A stretch of 64,000 nt of DNA from Lama guanicoe (Eukaryota). Shown here piece by piece: positions 37,070-48,000 of the stretch (within the stretch, counting starts at the first letter, position 1; each line of letters starts with the position of its first letter). The notes under the pieces are model-generated. The model made no database searches, had not been told where the DNA came from, and saw only the letters and a program-made list of their open reading frames with translations. The translations under genes and the position numbers were made by a program. The stretch lies in contig MU053352.1 of the NCBI GenBank assembly GCA_013239625.1, forward strand, positions 479,485 to 543,484, written 5' to 3'.

Positions 37070-38660
37070 ATAAACCCTGTAGTGTTAAACTGGAATCAGA
37101 GGTAACAGTATAAACTCATGGTTTTTAATATAGAGAGATAAGGATGGATGGGTAAATTAGATAGATAGGTAGATAGATACATACGAAAAGAGAGAAAAAT
37201 GATATATTTGTAAGCATAGGTTAGTATCCGTACGTATATTTCCTAGCTCTGTCTGCTGAGAGAGCCTACAAGCAACAACAGCCCACTAACAATGAGCACA
37301 CCTAGCACACAGATCTTGTAAACCAGGGCTTCTTGGAGAAGTGACTGATTCCAGGGCTGGTGCAGGGAAAATCACTATGAATCTAGTAGTGCCAAAGTAG
37401 GGAAATTTTAAAAAAAAGAAAAGGCAACCAATGAAAAGAACACAGGAGCCAATCTGAAGGAGTTCCTAATGTCCAAAGCTGGAACAATTTGAACAAAAAA
37501 TGGTAGTATTGGTTTACAGCACCCACGGAATAAATATCCAAGGGCTCATATGGATACAAATTATGGATTAAATTAATAAATAGGGAGAAGTGAAAGCTCT
37601 AACACACAACAGAATTCCAATAAATAAATGTAAAATGAAAGAGGGAAAGAAAGAATCACCATTAACCATACAACATACCAATAAATGTTGCAGAAAAGCC
37701 CCACTACAGATGCTAAAATCAGCAGGCAAACGTCTGAGGAGAAACAGGATCTTCACAGCTTCAAAGTCTCTCCCCAGGACATTTATCAAACACAAAGAGA
37801 ACAGTATCTTTACAGCAGAGAAACCCGGCAAACACTTACATAACCAAGCATCAAAAGAAATATTACCATCAATTAGACAGAGCAACATCACGAATCCTGT
37901 GATACGATGCACTGAGGACAATCATCATTTTTTGTGCTATTACCAGTGCATACTCTCACTTCAATCACGAGGGAACATTAGACAAATCCAAAGTGAGGGA
38001 GAGTCTACAGAATAACTGATCAGTACTCCTCGAAAGTATGTAGGATCCCTGGGCGCGGGGGCACACGCCCGCAGTCCCAGCTACGCAGAGGCTGAGGCAG
38101 GAGGATCACTTGAGCCCAGCAGTTCTGGGCTGCAGTGCGCTATGCTGACTGGGTGCCACACAGCATCAATGTGGTGACCTCCTGGGAGCGGGGGACGGCC
38201 AGGTTGCCTGAGGAGGGGTCAACTGGCCCAGGTCGGAAAGAGAGCAAGTCAAAACTCCGGTGCTGATCAGTAGTGGGATCAGTGAATAGACATTGCACTC
38301 CAGCCTGGCAACATAGTGAGACCCATCTCTTTTATCTGCCCCTCCCTGATTTAAGGGAATCCTGTATCTCCTAAATTCATGTATTCCCCTAAACAAATAA
38401 TAAGTTTGCGTTAAAAAAAAAAAAAGTACCAAGATCAAAGACATTGAAAGACTAAGGAAATATTTCTACACTGGTAGAAAAGATATTAAAATTCAAATAA
38501 GGTCTATAGTTTTAGTTAATAATATTCTACCAATGCTAATCTCAGTTCTTGATGATTGTACTATGATAATGTGTGCTGATGTTAGGAGAAATAGGGTGAA
38601 GGACATAAGGAAACTATTACTATTTTTGAAACTTTTCTGTAAGCCTAAAATTAGTTTTAA
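37070..38660 (+). mobile_element. Old L1MC-like 3' region hosting the 7SL retrocopy
   Basis: ctgaaggagttcctaatgtccaaagctggaacaatttga is shared with the 47.5 and 61.2 kb copies; L1 text resumes after 38428. Confidence 0.65.
38048..38333 (+). pseudogene. 7SL (SRP RNA) retrocopy in DRG1 intron 8, antisense to DRG1
   Basis: Colinear with 7SL including the S domain (GGTGACCTCC...CCCAGGTCGGAAA...CAAAACTCC.GTGCTGATCAGTAGTGGGATC); many substitutions and two short deletions; downstream A13 tail and aaagta flanks. Confidence 0.93.
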
Positions 38661-39105
38661 AATAAGATAATATAAAAAATTTTTTCAGCCCACATCAGCA
38701 GTGAGAAGTATGAGAAAGAGACCGGCACAGAGGGTGGGGTTGACCCATGCATAATGTTTAAAGGGGTCCTCAGTGAAGCCCAGTATGTTGCTGGCAGGAA
38801 GAATTAACATTTTGTGTTTGCCAAGAAGAAGATGAATTAACAAAAGAAGTCAGAACCTAGTTCACAGTAAGTAAATGAAATGAGCAATCTGATCATCTGT
38901 ACTGTCAGCCCTCCCAACCTAAAAAGGCTTCCGGAGCTCTTCCTGCTCCAAGCTGGCACGGTTTTAAGACACTGTAAAGTTCTAACCAAGCAAGCATTTC
39001 AGCAGCCTCCCTGATGCCCAATTTCTATAATGCTATCTTGAGAATTGCTAGTTGGAACCAGCAGCTTGTAGGGAAAAGAAGGCACCACATGCCCATGATA
39101 CTTAC

Positions 39106-39228
39106 TATTTAAATTCTTTGATAAGATTTTTGTGAATCTTCATGCAGAAATCCTCCACCGTGGTCCTGGAGTAAGGCAACACCACTGGGGATGTGTAATC
39201 TGGCAACTGGCCTTTGGGTTTGGTGTAA
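39106..39228 (-). CDS. DRG1: DRG1 exon 8 ([40 protein letters not shown]), TGS domain
   Basis: ttctag| acceptor, |gtaagt donor, 123 nt. Confidence 0.96.
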
Positions 39229-39492
39229 CTAGAACAGCGAGGGAGCAGAGGTCATCTACTTCTTGAAATGTTTCATGTGTGAATGCAAATCAACCCTCCA
39301 TTGCCCTGAAGATCAGACCAGATAACCTCCATCTTGAGGAAGAATGTGCCCTCAATACAGTCTTGTGGATGATAGGAATTTATTTGTATTTCCAAAAAGA
39401 GACCGATTATGTTACTGAGCTCCCGAGGGTATCATTTTAGGACAACCTGGTTTAAGCCCTACAGTAATGCTACACTACCCACTAAGACTTAC

Positions 39493-39660
39493 ATCCTCAC
39501 TAGTTTCAGATAGTCCCAGATCTTTTCCAACAGGTCATCAAAATTCCAGCGGTGATGGGCAGAGATGGGCACACAGTGAGGCACCTTATAGATGATGTCC
39601 AGTTCCTCAATGGAGATCTGATCAATCTTATTTAACACATAAATACAGGGGATATAAACT
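39493..39660 (-). CDS. DRG1: DRG1 exon 7 ([21 protein letters not shown]...[25 protein letters not shown]), G4 NKID and G5 motifs
   Basis: ttcatag| acceptor, |gtaagt donor, 168 nt. Confidence 0.96.
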
Positions 39661-40473
39661 CTATGAAAACAGAAGAAAAACAGTACATTAGTTTGGAGCT
39701 GTGGGCACGATTGTCAATCTGATTATCTCCCTCACCCAGGACCTCAAAGAAGAGACTCTCAAAGAGATCCTAAGTAGGCCAGCACACACACAAAAAAGCT
39801 TCCTACCAAAATAAGGTAGAACATCCAAAAAGTGAACCATGGGTTGAGAAGTAACAAAACTCGGGCCGTAGTCCGTTGCCACACAGCTAATTACTGAGAA
39901 AGCATGCTGCAGCGGAAAGAACACAAGCTTTGGTGTCATACAGACTGAATTCTTCCCAGCTCTGTCACTTTCTAGACATGTGTCCCAGAGCAAGTCTCAC
40001 ACACAGTCAATTTCCCAGAGTTGTTTTACAAGTTGTAAGAATGTAAAGTACATCACTAACAATGTATTTCATGATAACTTTAACGAATGGAAAAAAGTTT
40101 TTAACACAACATCTAGCAATGTCACAGTCCTAATGCTCAATCAATACAGCAGCTAAAGTTACTAATAATTAGGCAAGCCACAACTCTCAGGCTTTAAGTA
40201 TCTTACTTACTAAACCCCTAACTCAAAGCACTGGCTTTTGTTTGTTTTCAAATGAGGATTAAATAAATTCATGCAAGAAATAGGAAAAAAATGAACAGGA
40301 AAGTAACTAGAAAATATTATATCCAAATGCCAGGAATAATTTTAACAGTGGTTTCAATTATTATTTAATTTCAAATACTAATAACAGTAATATTTTATGG
40401 AATAGGGTTTCAGCTATATACCCTTAGGTTACCCTCAGAGAAAACAGATACAGCCCAACCTGCTCTGAGTTCT

Positions 40474-40720
40474 TTTTTTTTTTTTTTTTACATTTTTTAT
40501 TGATTCATAATCATTTTACAGTGTTGTGTCAAATTCCAGTGTTCAGCACAATTTTTCAGTCATTCATGGACATATACACACTCATTGTCACATTTTTTTC
40601 TCTGTGATTTATCATAACATTTTGTGTATATTTCCCTGTGCTATACAGTGTAATCTTGTTTATCTATTCTACAATTTTGAAATCCCAGTCTATCCCTTCC
40701 CACCCTCTACCCCGCCCCCC
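40474..40720 (-). mobile_element. Young 5'-truncated L1 3' end with perfect 20-bp TSD in DRG1 intron 6
   Basis: CCCAACCTGCTCTGAGTTCT at 40454-40473 and 40721-40740; pure T-run; minus-strand AATAAA at 40501-40496. Confidence 0.92.
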
Positions 40721-41081
40721 CCCAACCTGCTCTGAGTTCTGCACAGCAGCCTAAAGAATTTCTCAGATGCATTAATTCTGGGAGAGCAGATTGAGACACT
40801 ACTTTCTTCAACCACCATATGACACAGAGCTTAGGGGACAGCCTAGTTTACAGTAAGTAACTGAAATGAGCAATCTGATCATCGTGATCAAATTTCAGAG
40901 CAAAGAAGGATATTAGCAATCAAGACCAACCCTTCCTTTTAAAGCTAAAGAAAGCAAGGCCCACTGTTATTTTGAATAATACCACAACTGGAGTTAGAAT
41001 CGATGTCTGCCAGATTCATAATCCGATGTTGTTTCCATTACAAGGCTTCCAATTCATACTTAGGCACCATTCAGTTTGTAC

Positions 41082-41212
41082 CTGTTTCCTTCCACCACAT
41101 CAATGAGGTCATCCGCTGTGGCATCGCTACGCAGAGTCACATCAGCATTATGAATTTTGTATTCAGCCAGAATGCTCTTCACAGTTTCAGCATCCAGCTC
41201 GCTCTGAGGGCA
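41082..41212 (-). CDS. DRG1: DRG1 exon 6 ([43 protein letters not shown])
   Basis: attcag| acceptor, AG|gtacaa donor, 131 nt. Confidence 0.96.
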
Positions 41213-41389
41213 CTGAATAGGCACAGAAGACAATGACTGGTAAACAATCTCCTAAGAGCATCTCTTGGTGTACCTGGATAATCCTACATAAGGTGCAAAC
41301 AATTCTAAAGACTGTTATCCTGGATGAGGATAACTTACTTCTACTAGGAAATACTTAAAAACTACAATTTTTTCGAACTCACAGGAAGG

Positions 41390-41762
41390 TGCTATGGTAT
41401 GAATTGTTTCCCTATCCCCACTCAAATTCATATGTTGAAGTCCAAACCCCAGTATCTCAGAATGTGACTGGAGATACTGTGGAGGGTCTTTAAAGAGATA
41501 ATTGTATTAAAATGAGGTAATATGGGTGGGCCTTAATCCAATGTGACTGATGTCCTTACAAGAAAAGAAGATTAGGACACAAACACACACAGATCATATG
41601 AAGACACAAAGCCATCTACAAGCCAAGGAGAGAGGCCTCAGAAGCAGCCAGTCCTGCTCACACCCTGATCTCAGATATCAGTCTCCAGAATCAAAGATAA
41701 TTAAATTTCCGTTGTTTAAGCCACCCAGTCTATGGTACTTTATTATGGCAGCCTTAGCAAAA
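41390..41762 (+). mobile_element. MaLR LTR (MLT1A-like)
   Basis: tgctatggtatgaattg..aaattcatatgttgaagtcc..ttgtttaagccacccagtctatggtactttattatggcagcc. Confidence 0.85.
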
Positions 41763-42156
41763 ATAGAGAGAGAATACGGAATGCTCAAATTCGAACATTA
41801 TGACAGGATAATGGAAAAGCTCTTTTGGGCAGGACAGTTCAAACCTACGCCAGCCAAATAATCTGGACTTCTAGAATGTTAAAAGCTGCAGGAAGTTCTC
41901 AGTCCTCAATTACATGACTTAGAAGCAGCATTTGATAGAATTGATGGCTCCACAAATCAGAAACACTCTGTTCACTTGCCTTCCAGGATTCCAAACTCTT
42001 CTGGTTTTCCTTCTTCTTTGCCTGAGAAGAATTATTTGCTGATTCTTCCCATCTCCCAATCTCTAATTATTGGGGGGAGGTCACAAAGCTCAATCCTCGA
42101 ACCTCTTCTCTGTTTATACTTCCTGAGGTAAGATGATGGCTTTAAAGATAACTACT

Positions 42157-42283
42157 AGGGGAGAGGGTATAGCTCAAGTGGTAGAGTGCATGTGTAGCAT
42201 GCACAAGGTCCTGGGTTCAATCCCCAGTACATCCTCTAAAAATAAATAAACCTGATTGCCTACCCCTACCAAAAAAAAAAAAA
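42157..42283 (+). mobile_element. tRNA-derived SINE (Vic-1-like)
   Basis: ggggagagggtatagctcaagtggtagag...gtcctgggttcaatccccagtac plus A tail. Confidence 0.9.
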
Positions 42284-42507
42284 TTCAGTCATTTCTTTCT
42301 CTCATAATCCACATCCAATCTAGCTGTAATTCCTACCAGCTATTTCCAAGATCTTTCCACAATCAACTACTTTACGTCTCCTCCACTGTTAATCCTGGTC
42401 TAAGATTTTTTTTTTTAACTTTTTTTGGGGCAGGGTGAAGTAAAGGCCATCACTTTTTGATTGGATTATTGCAATAACCTCTTAAATGGTTTCTCTGCTT
42501 TTGTTCT

Positions 42508-42861
42508 TTTTTAATTGTAGTGTAGTCGATTTACATTAGTTTCAAGTGTATAGCAAAGCTATTCAGTTATATAATCACTTCTTTTTTGTTTTTCTTCCAT
42601 TTGAGCTCATTTCAAGAAACTGAATATAGTTTTTTGTGCTGTACAGTAGGTCATGTTGTGTATCTGTTTTATATACAATAATGTATATCTGTTAATCTCA
42701 AACTCCTAATATATCCCTCCCCTCTCCCTGCTGGTAACCAGTTTGTTTTCTATGTCCATGAGTCTATTTCTGGTTTGTAAATAAATTTTGTATTTTTTGT
42801 TTTTGAGATTCCACATACAGATGACATCATATATTTGCCTTTCTCTGACTTACTTCACTTA
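42508..42861 (-). mobile_element. L1 3' end fragment
   Basis: Reverse complement of 15230-15560-type text (tggtaaccagtttgttttctatgtc, gattccacata). Confidence 0.8.
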
Positions 42862-43718
42862 AATCTCTCTCCTTTTGTTCTTAACCCATTTCAGTCTATT
42901 CTCAACAGCCAGATTGATTCCATTAAAACCTAAGTCAAATCAATTTTACTCCACAGATTGGAACCCAACCAGAAGCTGCCCATCTCCTGCACAGTAAAAG
43001 CACATATGGACCTACACTATGACTTCATTTCTTACTAACTCTCCTACTTGCTCACTCTGCTGTTCCTCAAACATGCAAAGGCATGCTCTACCTCAAGGCC
43101 TGGCACTTGGATATCCCCTTTATGTGAAATGTTATTCAAGACAGGAATCTCCTTTGGTTCATTCCATGTCACCTCAGTTAAGACTTCTCTGATCAACCTA
43201 CTTAGAACTGCAACCCTCCTGCCAACACTCCCCATCTTCCCCTAGTTTACTTTTGTCCTTAGATTTACTATCATCTAATATGCTATGATCACTAATTAAT
43301 TTTGTTTGCTACTTTCCCCATTAGAATACAAGGGCAGGAACTTTTGTCTATTTTGCTCCCTCTTCCCTTCCCCTCAAAAGCCTAAAACAATGCTTGGCCC
43401 ATGGTAGGTGCTCTATAAACTTGTGTTGAATGAATGAAAACAGATGATATTGGTAGCTCTCTACTTCACGCAAGCATAACATTGGTTTACAGTCCCATAC
43501 CACCTCAAATAAATAACCCAAAAGAGGAAGTAAAGCCAGAAAGACAAGTCTGAGACTGACTCTTGTCCTACTCTGTCAGTCATTACAACATCATTGTGTT
43601 ACCTCGATTAATGCTGGAAGAAGCCAGGCAATTTCCAAATGTCAATGTCCTTGTACCTCAATCCATTCCCCACCCTAGTCCCTTCAGCAACCTGTCCCAT
43701 ATCACCTTCTCCACTTAC

Positions 43719-43888
43719 AGTGGCTGTGAGATTAATGCCTCCCTTATCCTTCTTCTTAAAGCCAATGTTGGGGGGTTTGCTGTTCAAGCGAATGCCAAAG
43801 CCTTCCAGCTCATTTTCAATTATCTTCTTATGTCCCAAGGGTTTCAGGACATCCAGAACAATCAAGATCAAGTTACACGTTCTAGCCA
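43719..43888 (-). CDS. DRG1: DRG1 exon 5 ([21 protein letters not shown]...[13 protein letters not shown])
   Basis: cttcag| acceptor, ACT|gtaagt donor, 170 nt; ORF 43608..43889. Confidence 0.97.
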
Positions 43889-44289
43889 CTGAAGAATTGA
43901 AAACAAATTTTCTTTCAAATTTTTTTCAAAGCTCATTAAAGACTTAACATAACTCAAATATTCAAAAAGGTGGGTGGGGGGGAGATGGTGGTGTAAAGCT
44001 CCTATACTTAAGAGACAAAGGATTTTTTTTTTTAATACATAGACACACATGAAGTTCTTAAGGTTACCAAAGACTTACACCAGAAGTCAATTTGCAATGT
44101 ATGCTTTATTTTCTATTAGTGTACCTAGAAGATGTGTCAAGTTCTAGATACACAAGCAGAAAAATAATTCGGAATGAAGATACAAACCAGGCAATAACCT
44201 GAATCCCTGAAAAAGTTCAGAAAGATTTAAAACAGTAAGAATTCTCAAAGAATAAGATTATCTTATATCTTAATAAGTTAGCATATTTT

Positions 44290-44610
44290 TGTAAACTTCA
44301 CTGAGGTATAATTTATAAAAAATAAATAGTGCCTATGTTAAATATATGGTTTGATGACAAATGTACATACCTCTATAACCACCACAGCAATCTAGATTCA
44401 GAACATTTCCATCACCTCCAAAAGTGCCCTAAGGCCCCTTTGTAAACCATCTTACCCTCAGTTTTCAATCAATCACTGATCTGCTTTCTGTCACCATAGG
44501 TTAGGTTACATTTTTTTTAGAGTTTGATATAAATGAAATCATACCCAATGTAGTCAGTCTTTTGTGCCCAGCTCTTTTAATATAGCATAATTTTCTGACA
44601 GTCATCTATG
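44290..44610 (-). mobile_element. Old L1M 3' end fragment
   Basis: gaacatttccatcacctccaaaagtgccc, ataaatgaaatcatac. Confidence 0.65.
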
Positions 44611-44861
44611 AATGACTTTGAGCCCATAATTCTATAAATAGCTAAATTAGTAAGTTAATATAAGTGTAGAATAAAAATATTTTCAAACACGAAAAAAACA
44701 GAACTCACCTATCATTCTTTTTCAGTATGTCAGTAAAACTGTGACTCAGCAAAACATTAAAATAACCCCAAAAATATAAAACACTGACTCTAAGAAATAG
44801 GGGATCCCACACAAGAACACAAAAGAAAATCTCAGGATGACACCCATGTGTAAAGTCTAGA

Positions 44862-45070
44862 GCTGCACTGTCCAATACAGACTCCACTAGCCACCTGGAG
44901 CATTTCAAATTCAAGTTAATTTCAATTTAATAAAATTTAAAATTCAGCTCCTCAATTGCGCCAGACACATTTAAAGTGCTCAACAGCCATATATGCCTAT
45001 GGCTACCACATTGGACAGCACAAATTCAGAACACTTCCATTACTGTAGAACATTTCCATTACTGGACAGG
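44862..45070. mobile_element. MER3-like hAT-Charlie non-autonomous DNA transposon
   Basis: ctgcactgtccaata...aaaattcagctcctca...agtgctcaacagcca...tggacag. Confidence 0.7.
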
Positions 45071-46020
45071 TCTGGTCTAGGAAGCAACCAATCCAGACTG
45101 AAGCACAGAAGACAAAGGGAAGACAGGAAGGTAGTGTCAGAGTTGAGAGGAGAGAATGAAATCAGTAAGACAATATTTGGAACTGTATTCAAGTATCTAG
45201 AAAAATACTGATTGGTAGGCATTTGATCTATTGGAACATTTGAAAAATATTAGCGAACACAGAAAAGTAAACAGAACAAAAGAAAGTCAATTATTAATTC
45301 CACAAAAAATAAACTTCAAAAACAGATTTCAAGAGAAAGAAAACAAGTCATAATATACTACTTATCTCAGCACTGAACAAGCTACAGTCATTATATAATA
45401 ATGTAAACTATGACTGATGAGTTAATTAAAAATTATGATATAATTTCTTTAAAAGAATAGGAAAAGAGGTATGGAGTATAAGAGAGCTAATCTTCTACCA
45501 TAACATGAAACCAACAGATGGTGTCTAACCATGAAATAGCAATATAAGCATAATATTTTAAAATATGAGGATAAGTAGAATAGTTGAAGATTTGACATAG
45601 TTGCCAATGGGGAATGACAGTAGAGGTGAAGAGAGGTGGGGTAGCAGATTGTTGCAATCGAGATTAGCCTTTTATAACATTTCACTTTAAATTAAAAAAA
45701 AAAGAAGAAGAAAAGGCATGGGTGGGAGTAAGGAAACCTGAATTCTGGTTCTGAATCTGCCCAACAGTGCAACACTGTACCAAAGCACTTCACTTCTGTC
45801 CTTAGTGCTTCTCTTCAAATGGGGATCTGGACTGTTACTCTCTGAGATCCCTTCAAGTTCTGACATTCTACTCCAGTAAGAAGTCAGGTAAAACTATTTC
45901 CTTCACAGTGATACTAAGAGACCCATCTAAAAGAATAGTACCCAATAAAATAAAATAAAATAAAAGAATAGTACCCAATAAAGGGATGATATCCCAGGAT
46001 GGTGGCCTTGGACCACTCAC

Positions 46021-46090
46021 CTGCAATGACTTGACGGCCTCTACCTTTCCCATCCTTGGCACCCTCAATGATACCTGGGAGATCCAGAAG
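46021..46090 (-). CDS. DRG1: DRG1 exon 4 ([23 protein letters not shown]), G3 DLPG
   Basis: ttgcag| acceptor, CAG|gtgagt donor, 70 nt. Confidence 0.97.
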
Positions 46091-46574
46091 CTGCAAGATT
46101 AAGGACAAGAGAAAAGAGAGAAAAGGAAAAACTGGTTATAAATCTGAACAGATCAAATAGAATGATTTATTTCTCAAGATCCAAAATTAGGAGATCCAAA
46201 TCCAATCTTCCTTATAAATGAGTGTGTAAATCTTACTTTTACTAAACATCTAATAAATGTCAGCTACAAGCTTCTTATATACTTCATCTAGTTTAAAATG
46301 TCTAGCAACTCTGTGAATAAGGATATTAGCTGAGGTTCATAGAGGTTAGGTGATTTGGCCCAAAATCACACTCCTAATAAATCAAGTAAGATTATAACCT
46401 ACATGGGGGGGGGCCAAATCCATTATTCTATATCAGTATCTTTCCGTATTCCTCCACTTTTCAGGAATTTGAACCTCCACAAAAATTCCTTACTGTAGAT
46501 AATAACTGAATTAGGACATTCACAAATGATAAATACTGAGACCTTTGCAAATCCCCCAATTCACAAAAATTTCT

Positions 46575-46757
46575 GCAGTCAACCTTAATCAGGTGAGCAC
46601 ATAAGAATCACTTGTAAAACCATTAAAAATGCAGGTATCTGAGCCTCATCCTTGCAGACTGATTTGGAGGAGTCAAAGCAGGGTTCAGATATCGATCTGT
46701 ATTTCAAAAGCCTTCAAGGGTGACTATGATATGTGTCCGCAGTTGAAAATGACCACT
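46575..46757. mobile_element. MER5A-like DNA transposon remnant
   Basis: cacataagaatcactt...atctgtatttcaaaagccttcaagggtgactatgat..agttgaaaatgaccact. Confidence 0.6.
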
Positions 46758-47329
46758 CAATTGCTCAGGAAATGTGATAAACTAAAACCTCACACAAGTC
46801 ACAGTGTATGTATCTAATGACAAGAACATCAAAACCAACTCCACAGCACGTATGATTCAAATTCACATCTGAGCAAGATTAGAAACTATAGTTATAAGCT
46901 TGTAAGAGTCATGTTAAGAGCGTATATAAAATCTGAAAATACCAAGGGTCTACTGTACAGTCAATATTGAATTATTCGAGTGAACAGACAGGGATATAGT
47001 TGCAGTTTACCAAAGCATCATTTAAAACTAGCCTTTGCTATAAGCATTTTGACATTATAAAACTATAGTTCACGTTAAATAAACCACAATGAAAAAGAAC
47101 TAACTTAGGAGGTGCTTAGAGAGTTCAAGTTTTTCATTCAAGAACCTGCTCAAAAGCTCCTTTCTATTCCTCACTACATAAAAAATAACATTATCTCCTT
47201 TAAAACTGATACATCAGTTAAATTGAGCTACCCTTTCTCTTTCAAAGAAGATACCTTATGTTCAATATACCTGCCTTGACTTGGAAACTCTGGTTACACT
47301 GATTTTAAAAGCTACATTTGGAGTAAGGA

Positions 47330-48000
47330 ACACACCAGATCTTGATTTCTATACACCTATCTCTAATGAAATGAACAGTGCTCCTTCAGAAGTGGTTGAT
47401 TCCAGGACTGAAGCAGGGAAAATATAAGATTAGCCTGGAACACCGTGTTTTGGCCAGAAAATAAGGAAGTACTCACGAAAAGACAGGGGCTTCTGGAAAG
47501 AACAGATGCCAACCTAAAGGAGTTCCTAATAGTCATAGCTGGAACAATTTGGGTAATAAAATAATGGTAGTACTGGATTATCACCCATAAAATAAATATC
47601 CATGAGCCCACAGTGATAAACAAACAAATAAACAAATGGGAAAGAAGGAACAACTCCTCCATATAGTAGAATTCTAATTAATAAATGTAGTAAGAAAGAG
47701 AAAAACAGAAAATCACCATTAGACAAGATCCATAGACAAATGCTAAAATGAGAGGGCAAGTTTGTGAAACAGGATTTACATCTTTTCAAAGTATCTCCCC
47801 CAGGATGTTTATTAACTACAAAAAGAAAGATAACAGCTTTGTAGTAGAGAAATCCCACAGACACCACTTTAACCAACTGATGGGGGTCAACATCACCAAT
47901 AAGACATACTGACATCATGAATTCCTAAGACGCACTGAGAAGGACATACCATTTCTGTGGTATGCTTGCCAAAAAGAAACATAATACTTCAGTATAACCA
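47330..48000 (+). mobile_element. Old L1MC-like 3' fragment
   Basis: Colinear with 37300-37950. Confidence 0.65.

Larger units (their letters stand above)
41920..43440 (+). mobile_element. Fragmented L2 interrupted by a SINE and an L1
   Basis: ccacatccaatc, ggattattgcaataacctcttaaatgg, terminal tggtaggtgctc...ttgaatgaatgaa. Confidence 0.7.

Noticed and set aside
37568..38015. Overlapping 117-aa and 141-aa ORFs, and similar ones at 47363-47918
   Set aside because: They lie in homologous old L1 3' fragments; the similarity between them reflects the repeat, not a gene family.
38048..38333. Functional SRP RNA gene or Alu element
   Set aside because: It retains the S domain, so it is not Alu; it has deletions, many substitutions, an A tail and an L1 host, so it is a retrocopy.
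38845..38905. Box C/D snoRNA in DRG1 intron 8
   Set aside because: The box C candidate (ATGATCA) is non-canonical, the span is short, there is no clear terminal stem, and the second copy lacks a box D.
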